Sequence record: NC_048779.1
Strand: one strand, 5' to 3'
Length of the DNA: 64,000 bases
Shown here: positions 28,308 to 36,728 of the stretch, one piece after another
How the letters are laid out: the number at the start of each line of letters is the position of its first letter
How positions within the stretch are numbered: position 1 is the first letter of the stretch
The notes under the pieces: model-generated
What the model saw: the letters and a program-made list of their open reading frames with translations, nothing else
Databases searched by the model: none
Told to the model about the DNA's origin: nothing
Position numbers and translations under genes: made by a program

Positions 28308-29498
28308 CTAAGCGATGTGTGCTTCTACCATGTCAAGTTTCATCTTGACCGTTTTCATTGTCCAACGGATGTCACGAGAAATCTTCGCACTCACCATACC
28401 ACATAAACTCTTTATGAATTTACTGTAGTTGTCCTGATTTTTATTGAGAGCACGGGTTTCCATTTGCTCAAGACCACGTAAATAACTCTTTAGAAACTCA
28501 ACACGTGCCATCGCTTTAGGGATGTCGGTATCGAGTGTGTCGTTCAACTTAGTAGCGTCGTATTCGGAGTTTACCTTACCTGCCTTCGGTTGGTAAGGAA
28601 GGACGTTATCGGAGAAACGTAATGATTTCATGAACTCTAATGAGTCCGGGAAACTATTGACCTTGGTGTTTAGGAAACGAACACTCGGGTAACCCGGTAA
28701 AGACAGCGTGGTGTATTTACCCATGACTCTGGCTGGCGCGTTGTACGGATACATGGACTTAAGACCTTCACGTATTTTGTTAAGGTTATCATACAGTTTC
28801 TCGATACTATTAAAGTCAGTAATAGCCATTAACACGTGATGAATCTTTTCATCAATTTCACGGTAACGTTGGTAGAATTTTTCATCCACTTCTTCAGTAC
28901 CTTGATATGCAGGTTCTTGTGCACCCCATGCGCCGACCTTGACTTCTTTAGCAACACCTTTGTTCGCTAAACGTCTTTTCAGTTTTTCTACTTTTGATTT
29001 AATCTGCTTTTCCGAACTAAACCAATCTAAGAACAAGTCTTTAATGTAAGCGATGATCTTTTTAATGAAGGTCACAAAATTGTCAGCACCACCTTTTACC
29101 GTATCCATGAAACCTTCAAAGCCGACAATAGCGTGAGCTTCCAAAGACTTTAGGGTTAGGTTTTCGTTACCCGAACGAGGTGTGGTGGGGTTACCACCTA
29201 ACTTAACGTGGAGGCGCTCCGCATGACGATACAGAAGTGAAAATACTGGAGTGTTGGTTTCACCACTCTTAATGAGGGCTTCCATGCCTTCAACGGCGTC
29301 AGCCAAACTTTCTAAGTCTTCGTCCTGACTAACAATCGTGTCGGTCTCTGTTTCTAGGACTTTGAGTTGTTTGTTGACTTCTATCCCGCTTTGTTTAAGT
29401 TTTACGTCAGTGACCAATTCCGACGTTTCTTCTGAGCGGGTGTCTAAGGATTCAAGACCCATGACACTTTCTCGTAAAGATGTTCTTACTTTACTCAT
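28308..29498 (-). CDS. Internal head protein paralog 5
   Basis: MGLES, VEGMEA, SGNEN, VGFEGF; ends VEAHIA. Confidence 0.7.
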   Translation of the reverse strand: MSKVRTSLRESVMGLESLDTRSEETSELVTDVKLKQSGIEVNKQLKVLETETDTIVSQDEDLESLADAVEGMEALIKSGETNTPVFSLLYRHAERLHVKLGGNPTTPRSGNENLTLKSLEAHAIVGFEGFMDTVKGGADNFVTFIKKIIAYIKDLFLDWFSSEKQIKSKVEKLKRRLANKGVAKEVKVGAWGAQEPAYQGTEEVDEKFYQRYREIDEKIHHVLMAITDFNSIEKLYDNLNKIREGLKSMYPYNAPARVMGKYTTLSLPGYPSVRFLNTKVNSFPDSLEFMKSLRFSDNVLPYQPKAGKVNSEYDATKLNDTLDTDIPKAMARVEFLKSYLRGLEQMETRALNKNQDNYSKFIKSLCGMVSAKISRDIRWTMKTVKMKLDMVEAHIA

Positions 29499-29532
29499 TT
29501 CTCAACCCTATGATAAACACAAATAAAAAAAT

Positions 29533-29561
29533 AAAGCTGTGGTTCCTAGAACCACAGCTTT
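29533..29561 (-). terminator. Intrinsic terminator
   Basis: 13-bp stem aaagctgtggttc/gaaccacagcttt with a minus-strand T run. Confidence 0.8.
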
Positions 29562-29570
29562 AGAGTCAGA

Positions 29571-30854
29571 TTAGAAGTGAGCTTTCACTGCTTGCAACTT
29601 CGCACCGTCGATGCTAGAAACAATGCGACAGAAGTTGTTTACTAACTGACTGTGCTTCGTCACTAAACGTTTAAGAGCAGAGATGAAGACTTTAGTCGCC
29701 TTCTCATCTGACCCTTCTTTAGGACCTTGCTTAAGTTTGCTAACGATGCCGTCAACTGTGGATTTAAGTCCTTCCACGCTAGCCTTCAGCTTCTTGATCA
29801 TTTCTGCGTTCTTAATTACGCTGTTCAAGATACCGTCAAGGTCGCCTTTACCAAACATCGCCTTTGAAGTACCAGTTAGTGTGGTACCGTCGACGATGTT
29901 AGTGTAGTTAACGGTAGCGACATCAAAAGAGAATTCTGCAATGGCTTTATCCACAGTATCTGGAGTAAACATACCTTTACCCGGAACAGACCAGTAGATC
30001 AGGTTTTTATCACTAGTACCGCGCGCGGTCTTTTGTTTACCGCGACCACCGATGATATCCCATGGGATAGTGTCGCCTTTGATGACACCTTCAAACTTAG
30101 CAGAGAGTGCTTCTACTTTGTTAAGTAATGAAGCAGTATCGCTTTCTGTTACTGAAGTGATGTCTGACATGTCTTTTAGCAGACCACCGAATTCAGGAAC
30201 GATATCACCAACTTTGGTCATCACTGTGTCAAGCACACTTAGATTACCTTCAAAGAAGCGGTTCCAACCACCTAGTTTAACTTCAGACTTGATTTCTTTG
30301 TCTTTCAGTTCTTTCTTCATGGATTCGGCTTTAGCAGACTGATCTGTTGCGAAGCTGAATAGTTTCTTAACCGCGTCAACAAGCGCATAGAAAATGTTCT
30401 TGATGAAAGAAGACGTTGTCTCGTATACTTTCTTCGCAGTTTCCATGAAGCCTTCACAGCCGTCAATAACCGCAGCACGGAACGCATCGTCTGATGCTAG
30501 GCTTTCATTACCGGCGATTTGTTGACGAGCTTCTGCACCAAGCTTAGCGTTGATACGCTCTGCACGACGGTAAAGAACAGCGATAGCAGGACGGTTCAGG
30601 GTTGGTTGAGCAGCAAGCGCTTCCATACCTTCAACGACTTCTTCTAGTTCTTCAACTTGATCTTGAACTTCTTCGATCACTTCAGCAGTGTCGTCGATTT
30701 CTTTTGTGTTCTCACGAATCTCAGCACGCATTTGACGGTGCTCAAGTTCGTTCGTAAGTTCAGCCACTTCTTCAGCAGGCATATCAACAGGTGGTGTTTC
30801 TAGTGACTCGACTCCTGCGTGTAGCGCTAGGATGTTTTTAATGCTAAGTGTCAT
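29571..30854 (-). CDS. Internal head protein paralog 6
   Basis: AGVES, VEGMEA, AGNES, DGCEGF; ends VKAHF. Confidence 0.7.
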   Translation of the reverse strand: MTLSIKNILALHAGVESLETPPVDMPAEEVAELTNELEHRQMRAEIRENTKEIDDTAEVIEEVQDQVEELEEVVEGMEALAAQPTLNRPAIAVLYRRAERINAKLGAEARQQIAGNESLASDDAFRAAVIDGCEGFMETAKKVYETTSSFIKNIFYALVDAVKKLFSFATDQSAKAESMKKELKDKEIKSEVKLGGWNRFFEGNLSVLDTVMTKVGDIVPEFGGLLKDMSDITSVTESDTASLLNKVEALSAKFEGVIKGDTIPWDIIGGRGKQKTARGTSDKNLIYWSVPGKGMFTPDTVDKAIAEFSFDVATVNYTNIVDGTTLTGTSKAMFGKGDLDGILNSVIKNAEMIKKLKASVEGLKSTVDGIVSKLKQGPKEGSDEKATKVFISALKRLVTKHSQLVNNFCRIVSSIDGAKLQAVKAHF

Positions 30855-30911
30855 TGTTGTGGTTTCCTTTATTGCAATAAAGATCAGGGGACAGAATCCC
30901 CTTAAGTTAAA

Positions 30912-31865
30912 TTAGTCTAAAACAACGGTCGCTAATTCGTTACCTTGATTCACGTAGTGATTCAAATAAGCAATCAGTCGAGGAAGGAACGTCGTATAAA
31001 ATTCCACTTGGGAAGAATTGAGCGCCATGAAACTTACTAACTGGTTATTCACAGACTTGCTCACACCTTCCGTTTTATCCAGATGAGCTTGAGTTTCTTT
31101 AACGGTCGTACTCCAGTTCTTTAAGAACTTCGCATAACGGTTAATCATTTCACTCAACGATTTCTGTTGGGTGTTCACCCAACGCATCTGGGTTAAGTAC
31201 TTTGTTAGATCAGACTTATTCAGTTCAAAGGTTTGTTCACCTTTAGGGTCAGCTGTGCCGTCTAAAACAAAACCCACTGGATTAGTTTTACAATGGATCT
31301 GTTTACCACCCGGAAGTTCATCGGAATGTTCCCCATCTTCGTCACGTTTTTCTAACTTCAGAATAGGGAATTTCACTAACCCGAGCTTCGTACTGATCTC
31401 AGTCAGTTGTTCGTTACCTTTAGCGGAAGTCACTGCTTTAAGTAACGTATTGATCTGGGTGCCGTAAGACTCTAATTCACTCTGATATTTCATTACCAAA
31501 GAGATAGTGTCAGTAAGGATTTTTTGATCCTTTAATAAATGGTCCGGATTAGATTCCACGGTTAAGTCAGCAATTAACTTACCAGAGACTTTTGCTTCGT
31601 GAACATCCACAGACTTAGCGCGGCTAAGAAGGGATTGAATCACCCCTTCATTAGAACCTAGAGCTTTGGAAGTAAGACGACTCACCGTATTAGCACCCAA
31701 CATGAAACGTTGAGCGAGTTTACCGTCTTCGAGTTCTTTGACTTGTTCCGTCTTAGAACCCCCCAAACCAATCGCATCTCGGATGTCACTGAGAAAAGAC
31801 TCTTCACCAGCTAGAGCTTTAAAAGCTAAGGCTAGTTGTTCTGGTGTGTATTCGTCTTCTTCCAT
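30912..31865 (-). CDS. Putative internal head protein
   Basis: N-terminal AGEESF cleavage motif; lies in the head cluster. Confidence 0.55.
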   Translation of the reverse strand: MEEDEYTPEQLALAFKALAGEESFLSDIRDAIGLGGSKTEQVKELEDGKLAQRFMLGANTVSRLTSKALGSNEGVIQSLLSRAKSVDVHEAKVSGKLIADLTVESNPDHLLKDQKILTDTISLVMKYQSELESYGTQINTLLKAVTSAKGNEQLTEISTKLGLVKFPILKLEKRDEDGEHSDELPGGKQIHCKTNPVGFVLDGTADPKGEQTFELNKSDLTKYLTQMRWVNTQQKSLSEMINRYAKFLKNWSTTVKETQAHLDKTEGVSKSVNNQLVSFMALNSSQVEFYTTFLPRLIAYLNHYVNQGNELATVVLD

Positions 31866-31867
31866 GT

Positions 31868-33148
31868 TTACTCCATAGAGGCTTCACAAACGTTAAGGAT
31901 AGCGTTCATGACTAACGTGGTGTACTTAACAACATCGGAACGCATACGGACTTGTTCGTTGTTACGAGCTAACACTAAAGCGATGTAAGCATCACCTACC
32001 GCAGTCTTCGTACTTTCAGACCAAGTCACGTCACTTAGCATCGCGAGCATTTTCTTGTACTCTGCGCCATCGACTAAGTAACGATCCCCTTCCTTAAACA
32101 AGCCTTCGACATCGCGTAATGTAGAATGTACGTTACGGATAGCGCGATCAATTTGATCTTTATCGAACGAAGGGAGGATTACATCGGAACTAGGGCGTTC
32201 GATCATCTCCAACTTAATGCGTTCGTTTTTACGATACAACTCAACCCACTCTTTAAGCTGAGTGAGGTCTCGACATTCATCACGTTTAACGAGGAACGTG
32301 TTGATGTAACGTCGGTCACCCAATAACGTCACGCTTGCACGGGTTTGATAGATGTCGTTGGATTGCTCACGAATATTGAACATTGCTTCTTTAAACTGGT
32401 ACTTAGACAAAGCACGCGGAAGTTTAAGTAGACGTTCGATCGCCTGTTCTTCATTTAACCCAGAGAACCCACCAAAGTAAGAAATGATCTCATTGGTGTT
32501 AGCTTGGTTAACTCGGTAGAAGTTGCTTGTGATGGCACGGGTAGTCGCCACGAAGCGCAAGATCTGAGCATGGATGTCTTCCGGTACTTTGTTGTTTAAC
32601 AAAAGCACACGGTTGGTTCCACTCATCGTCAACTCCTCTTTTAGGAGTTGAGTGTTCTTGTCGTTTAACTTACCTTGTAGTAGCTTAGCGCGTTTGGTAA
32701 GAGTATCGTGACCGTCTTTCATGAGCACTAGTTGTTCTAACACTTCGTCATAAAAACGTTTAGCGATAGAACGACTCCAGTCCATGAATTCCGTTAAGAA
32801 CGACTCACACGCTGCGATACGAGTTTCTAAGTAACGCTTCGGTGTTAACTGATGACCAAGAGATTCAACGCCAGCGACTTCTTCAGAGTCACCAAAGCTG
32901 CGAATCCCTACGCGCTCCAGTTGACGGTCTACGATGTTACCGAATAACTGAGTAACGTCTTTAGGTTCCGTTTGACCTAGAACTGTTTTGACCGCTTCTA
33001 CGCGGTCAATCGAGTTGTTGATGTCTTCTTGGAGTTTAACCAGATCACGACCTTCCTTTGCCTGCTCTGCAAGTTCAGTAGAACTGACCACACTAAGTGC
33101 TGCTAATTCACTGCTAACATCTTGTTCAGGCATATGCAGATTCTCCAT
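31868..33148 (-). CDS. Putative internal head protein (phiKZ gp92 position)
   Basis: AGVESL and AACESF motifs in a propeptide-like N-terminus. Confidence 0.55.
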   Translation of the reverse strand: MENLHMPEQDVSSELAALSVVSSTELAEQAKEGRDLVKLQEDINNSIDRVEAVKTVLGQTEPKDVTQLFGNIVDRQLERVGIRSFGDSEEVAGVESLGHQLTPKRYLETRIAACESFLTEFMDWSRSIAKRFYDEVLEQLVLMKDGHDTLTKRAKLLQGKLNDKNTQLLKEELTMSGTNRVLLLNNKVPEDIHAQILRFVATTRAITSNFYRVNQANTNEIISYFGGFSGLNEEQAIERLLKLPRALSKYQFKEAMFNIREQSNDIYQTRASVTLLGDRRYINTFLVKRDECRDLTQLKEWVELYRKNERIKLEMIERPSSDVILPSFDKDQIDRAIRNVHSTLRDVEGLFKEGDRYLVDGAEYKKMLAMLSDVTWSESTKTAVGDAYIALVLARNNEQVRMRSDVVKYTTLVMNAILNVCEASME

Positions 33149-33635
33149 TAAAGGTGATCAACATACGAGCAAACATTTGAGGACCGATACCTTCAATGAG
33201 GCGGAACATATCGTCGTGTTTTAAATGGCGAATGACATCTTCTACTTCATCAAGGTTGCGTCGTTCAACGAGACCATTACCCGACTTAATGTGTTTAATG
33301 TCGGTTGTGGTTACGAATTGCTCATCACCGGTAATAGCTTGTTCTAAAGTGCGTGCCGAAATCTTTCCATTTAAGAAAAATGTAATAGCACGCATTAGAC
33401 GAGCACGACGACCTGCACCACGTTCGTAGTTGGCGGTTACCCAGTGTTTGAAATCTTGACCCGTGATTTTGTTACCCATTTCAATGACTTCTTTAATTGA
33501 CGCGGGATCAATCTGCATAGTCATGTCTTGCGAACTTTGAACGTAAGCTCGCAAGATACCGTTGATGACAGTAAGGGTAGGGTCTAACAAACGACTATCC
33601 ACGTAGCCGTAAGCAACTTTACGAAAGTCACTCAT
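33126..33635 (-). CDS. Hypothetical protein in the head cluster
   Basis: 169 aa ORF in the operon. Confidence 0.7.
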   Translation of the reverse strand: MSDFRKVAYGYVDSRLLDPTLTVINGILRAYVQSSQDMTMQIDPASIKEVIEMGNKITGQDFKHWVTANYERGAGRRARLMRAITFFLNGKISARTLEQAITGDEQFVTTTDIKHIKSGNGLVERRNLDEVEDVIRHLKHDDMFRLIEGIGPQMFARMLITFNGESAYA

Positions 33636-33646
33636 GATACACCCCT

Positions 33647-34528
33647 CTAGCTGTAAGACTGTTCAATTGCTTCCATCTTCGCTTGCGCAGAGATAATACG
33701 ACCTTCAAGTTTTTCGATCATTTTCTCGTTGGCAGGTGATGGGTCTTGGTTTTGAAGATCACGGTAGTAGCTGATCTTCTGGGCATTAGACTCGATAGAG
33801 TTCTGCATTGCTTCGTACTGAGACAACGCACGCTCCATTTGATACATCGACCACCAGTAACCCGGGTTAAGCGAGTGAGGACCGAAGTTGCGAGTCGGCA
33901 TGACCAACACAGCATCTTTACCTTTTGTCGCTGTCAGCACATCAACAGTCTGCTCGTCTGCAACGATCTTAGGTGCTGAACGGTAACGTTTAAGAACAAC
34001 ACCACCACGTTCAAAGAACATGTAAGTAAGTTCACCAAAACGTTCTAGGTTCTGTGTCAAGAACTCGAGGTCTGGTTTTTGTGCCACTTGTTCAGCCGAT
34101 TTTTTATGAATCATCATCGAGGTGAACATGTTCATCAGACGCGCTAAGTAGTCAACCCAGAACGAGATGTAAGAATCCAACATAAGTGCGTTGACTTCTT
34201 TAACCGTAGCGGTTTCTTTAGCGATGACGCTCGGACCAGACTTAACGTCTTTTTCGATTACGTCGATGATCAACAATACGTTTTTAATCGCACCTTCTAA
34301 GATCGATTCCATTTTGATCGACTTAGGGATATTACCACGCATTGCTTGGAATAAAGCCGGTGCCATTTTCCAGCCACCAATTGCTTCACTCAAAGAAATG
34401 TTTTCAGATGTCAATAGACGTAGGTTGTCGTAAGCACCTTCGGTAAAGTCGCGGTGGTTGTTAATCAACTTCACCACATCCGCTTTATTAAGCGGTTTCA
34501 TTTTGTTTTTAAAATCTAAAAGTTCCAT
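33647..34528 (-). CDS. Putative inner-body/head protein (phiKZ gp90 position)
   Basis: 293 aa helical protein with a C-terminal coiled coil; translationally coupled to the upstream gene. Confidence 0.55.
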   Translation of the reverse strand: MELLDFKNKMKPLNKADVVKLINNHRDFTEGAYDNLRLLTSENISLSEAIGGWKMAPALFQAMRGNIPKSIKMESILEGAIKNVLLIIDVIEKDVKSGPSVIAKETATVKEVNALMLDSYISFWVDYLARLMNMFTSMMIHKKSAEQVAQKPDLEFLTQNLERFGELTYMFFERGGVVLKRYRSAPKIVADEQTVDVLTATKGKDAVLVMPTRNFGPHSLNPGYWWSMYQMERALSQYEAMQNSIESNAQKISYYRDLQNQDPSPANEKMIEKLEGRIISAQAKMEAIEQSYS

Positions 34529-35649
34529 TACATACCGCCATTAAGTAGTTTCATGATGTCAGTTAAAGAACCTACGCTAGATTCTTTTGCTGCTTTCTGT
34601 TTAAGATCGTTACGAGTATACGTTTCCGCATCCTTCGAACCCCAAGTGTAGAACGTGAATAAACCACGAGCTTCATTACAGATTACGATCGTGTTAGCAC
34701 GCAGACCCGTCCATAGGGTTTCACGCTGACTAAATACACTAAAGCGTTTACCAGTCAACATTTCGATTTGACGCGCTGCGGTATCAGTGATCACGAACGC
34801 GTTAGCCATGTTGTTCAAAGACATCTCACCAGAGGTAGCGGCTTTCTTCACATGGTTACGTTGGTTCTTGATAGAATCGGAAATATAACGTGAGTTCGCT
34901 TTGATGTCATCTAAACGAATACGGAATTTCTCTTTGATGATATCACGACCTGTAAGAAGCTCTGGTGGTGTGATCATACCAACTTCAAGTTTGTCAAAAC
35001 GAGTTTGCCAGCTATCTTCACCTTTAGCGTGGTCGAAGACACGCTCCAGATCCTTAGTGCTCATCGGCACTGGGATTTGACGGAACGTTAATGGGAAGCT
35101 AACGGTTTCACCGTTAGAAGTAATTACTGCTTCGATGGTACGACCAAGTGCAAGTGGCGCGTATTCAGACAACACGGATTGTGCTGATTTAGAATCAACC
35201 TTAACGCCGTCTGGAGTATCCACAGCTTCCATTCCGTCAACCGGTTTCACAATGTTAGTTCCACCAAAAGACTCTAGGCCGCCAAAGCTACCCAGAGAAC
35301 GACCCATGCCACGTACTGGACGGATAGGTTCAATGTACTTAGAAATCTGCACACCACCCACTGAACCTTGCAGACGTAAGTGGGTAAGAGTCGCCTGAAT
35401 ATCTCGCAATTGTATGATCGTCATCAGGTCAGATGCGTAGTCCTGATGAATAATAGATTGTTCTACGACCACCATTGGTCGGATCATTGTTTTTTGTGCT
35501 TCTCGCACCAAGCTGTTACCTTTGTTGGTACCGATGGCTGCAATACCACCATCTGTCGCTTTACCGGCAATTTCACCAGCTAAGACGCCGGCACCTTCAC
35601 CGGTAAGGTTGGCTAGCATTGTAGCCCCTAGAGACGCAAAAGGAATCAT
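34528..35649 (-). CDS. Putative inner-body/head protein (phiKZ gp89 position)
   Basis: GGLESF and DGMEA cleavage-like motifs; divergent from the baseplate pair, as in phiKZ gp87-89. Confidence 0.55.
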   Translation of the reverse strand: MIPFASLGATMLANLTGEGAGVLAGEIAGKATDGGIAAIGTNKGNSLVREAQKTMIRPMVVVEQSIIHQDYASDLMTIIQLRDIQATLTHLRLQGSVGGVQISKYIEPIRPVRGMGRSLGSFGGLESFGGTNIVKPVDGMEAVDTPDGVKVDSKSAQSVLSEYAPLALGRTIEAVITSNGETVSFPLTFRQIPVPMSTKDLERVFDHAKGEDSWQTRFDKLEVGMITPPELLTGRDIIKEKFRIRLDDIKANSRYISDSIKNQRNHVKKAATSGEMSLNNMANAFVITDTAARQIEMLTGKRFSVFSQRETLWTGLRANTIVICNEARGLFTFYTWGSKDAETYTRNDLKQKAAKESSVGSLTDIMKLLNGGM

Positions 35650-35684
35650 GATAAATACTCTCAGTTAGTTATTAGGAATTAAGA

Positions 35685-36728
35685 ATGGATGAAATAGACA
35701 AAAAGTCTACCTCACTCAACCCATTCACAGGAGAAGTCGACCCAAAGTTAAAGGTTTGGCTAAATGACATCTTCAAGGAGAATGGCGGGGGTAGTTATTT
35801 AAGTCCGTTAGGCAATATTCTTCATGGGATAAAAATATTGGGTAACGGCATACAACTCGCACCTTTGGCTGATGACACCATAGGATTAATGTTTATCCCA
35901 AGACCTGTGTTGAACTTAAGTGACGAGAACGTTTCTAAGTCACCTCGATTTGCAAAGTTATTGGAAGCGGACTCTAATTCCCTCGGCGGTTACATCCGAG
36001 GATTACTCGATTACCGAACCGGTCGTCAGTACAGTCATCCAGCGTTGGATAACAAAAATGCATGGATGCCTTTATTAACCAACTTACTGCGTAAGTCAGA
36101 CGGCTTCCCTGATTTGGAACTGGAATCCACTTCAACACAACCGGGTATTCGTCAAGAGACCTTCCAATGGATCGAAGGGCTGTTAGAAACCAACGGTGTA
36201 TTGACCATTAACCAAACATACCAAAACGTGAAAGGGGGGATTCTCCCTTATTTGTTTTCCGTCTGGGAACATTACATTCCAGAAGTACGTTTGGGTGATC
36301 ACCAAATGGAACCGTATTTTGAAGCACAACATCAAAACTATTTTGATTTTGACACTCGTATTTTCCATTTGTTCATGAACCCTAACATGATCAATATCGA
36401 ATCTATCTACATGACGATAGAATCCGTTCCTTCTACTCACCCTCAGGGTAGTTTAGCGGCCATCGATTATGATCAAGCTAGTCGTCGTGGTCCGGGTCAG
36501 GATACGTTTGACGTGCAATTTAAATCCGTGGGTGCAAGAGCAGATACGTTTGAGTGTATCGATGCCTTTAACGGTTCAACTTTGTTCTTTAATGAGGACA
36601 TGGCTGATGGTAGACGTGAAAGAGTATACCGTAAGTTAAAACCGTCTGAATTCTTAGATCATAACTTTAAAGCTTATCCATGGATTAACATCAATACCAT
36701 GGAACTAGAATGGTGGGTGAAGAACTAA
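35685..36728 (+). CDS. Tail-tube-fold/baseplate protein (phiKZ gp88 position)
   Basis: TINQTYQN...YLFSVWEHY...DTFDVQFKS resembles the T4 gp19/gp48/gp54 tube-fold pattern (by eye). Confidence 0.5.
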   Translation: MDEIDKKSTSLNPFTGEVDPKLKVWLNDIFKENGGGSYLSPLGNILHGIKILGNGIQLAPLADDTIGLMFIPRPVLNLSDENVSKSPRFAKLLEADSNSLGGYIRGLLDYRTGRQYSHPALDNKNAWMPLLTNLLRKSDGFPDLELESTSTQPGIRQETFQWIEGLLETNGVLTINQTYQNVKGGILPYLFSVWEHYIPEVRLGDHQMEPYFEAQHQNYFDFDTRIFHLFMNPNMINIESIYMTIESVPSTHPQGSLAAIDYDQASRRGPGQDTFDVQFKSVGARADTFECIDAFNGSTLFFNEDMADGRRERVYRKLKPSEFLDHNFKAYPWININTMELEWWVKN

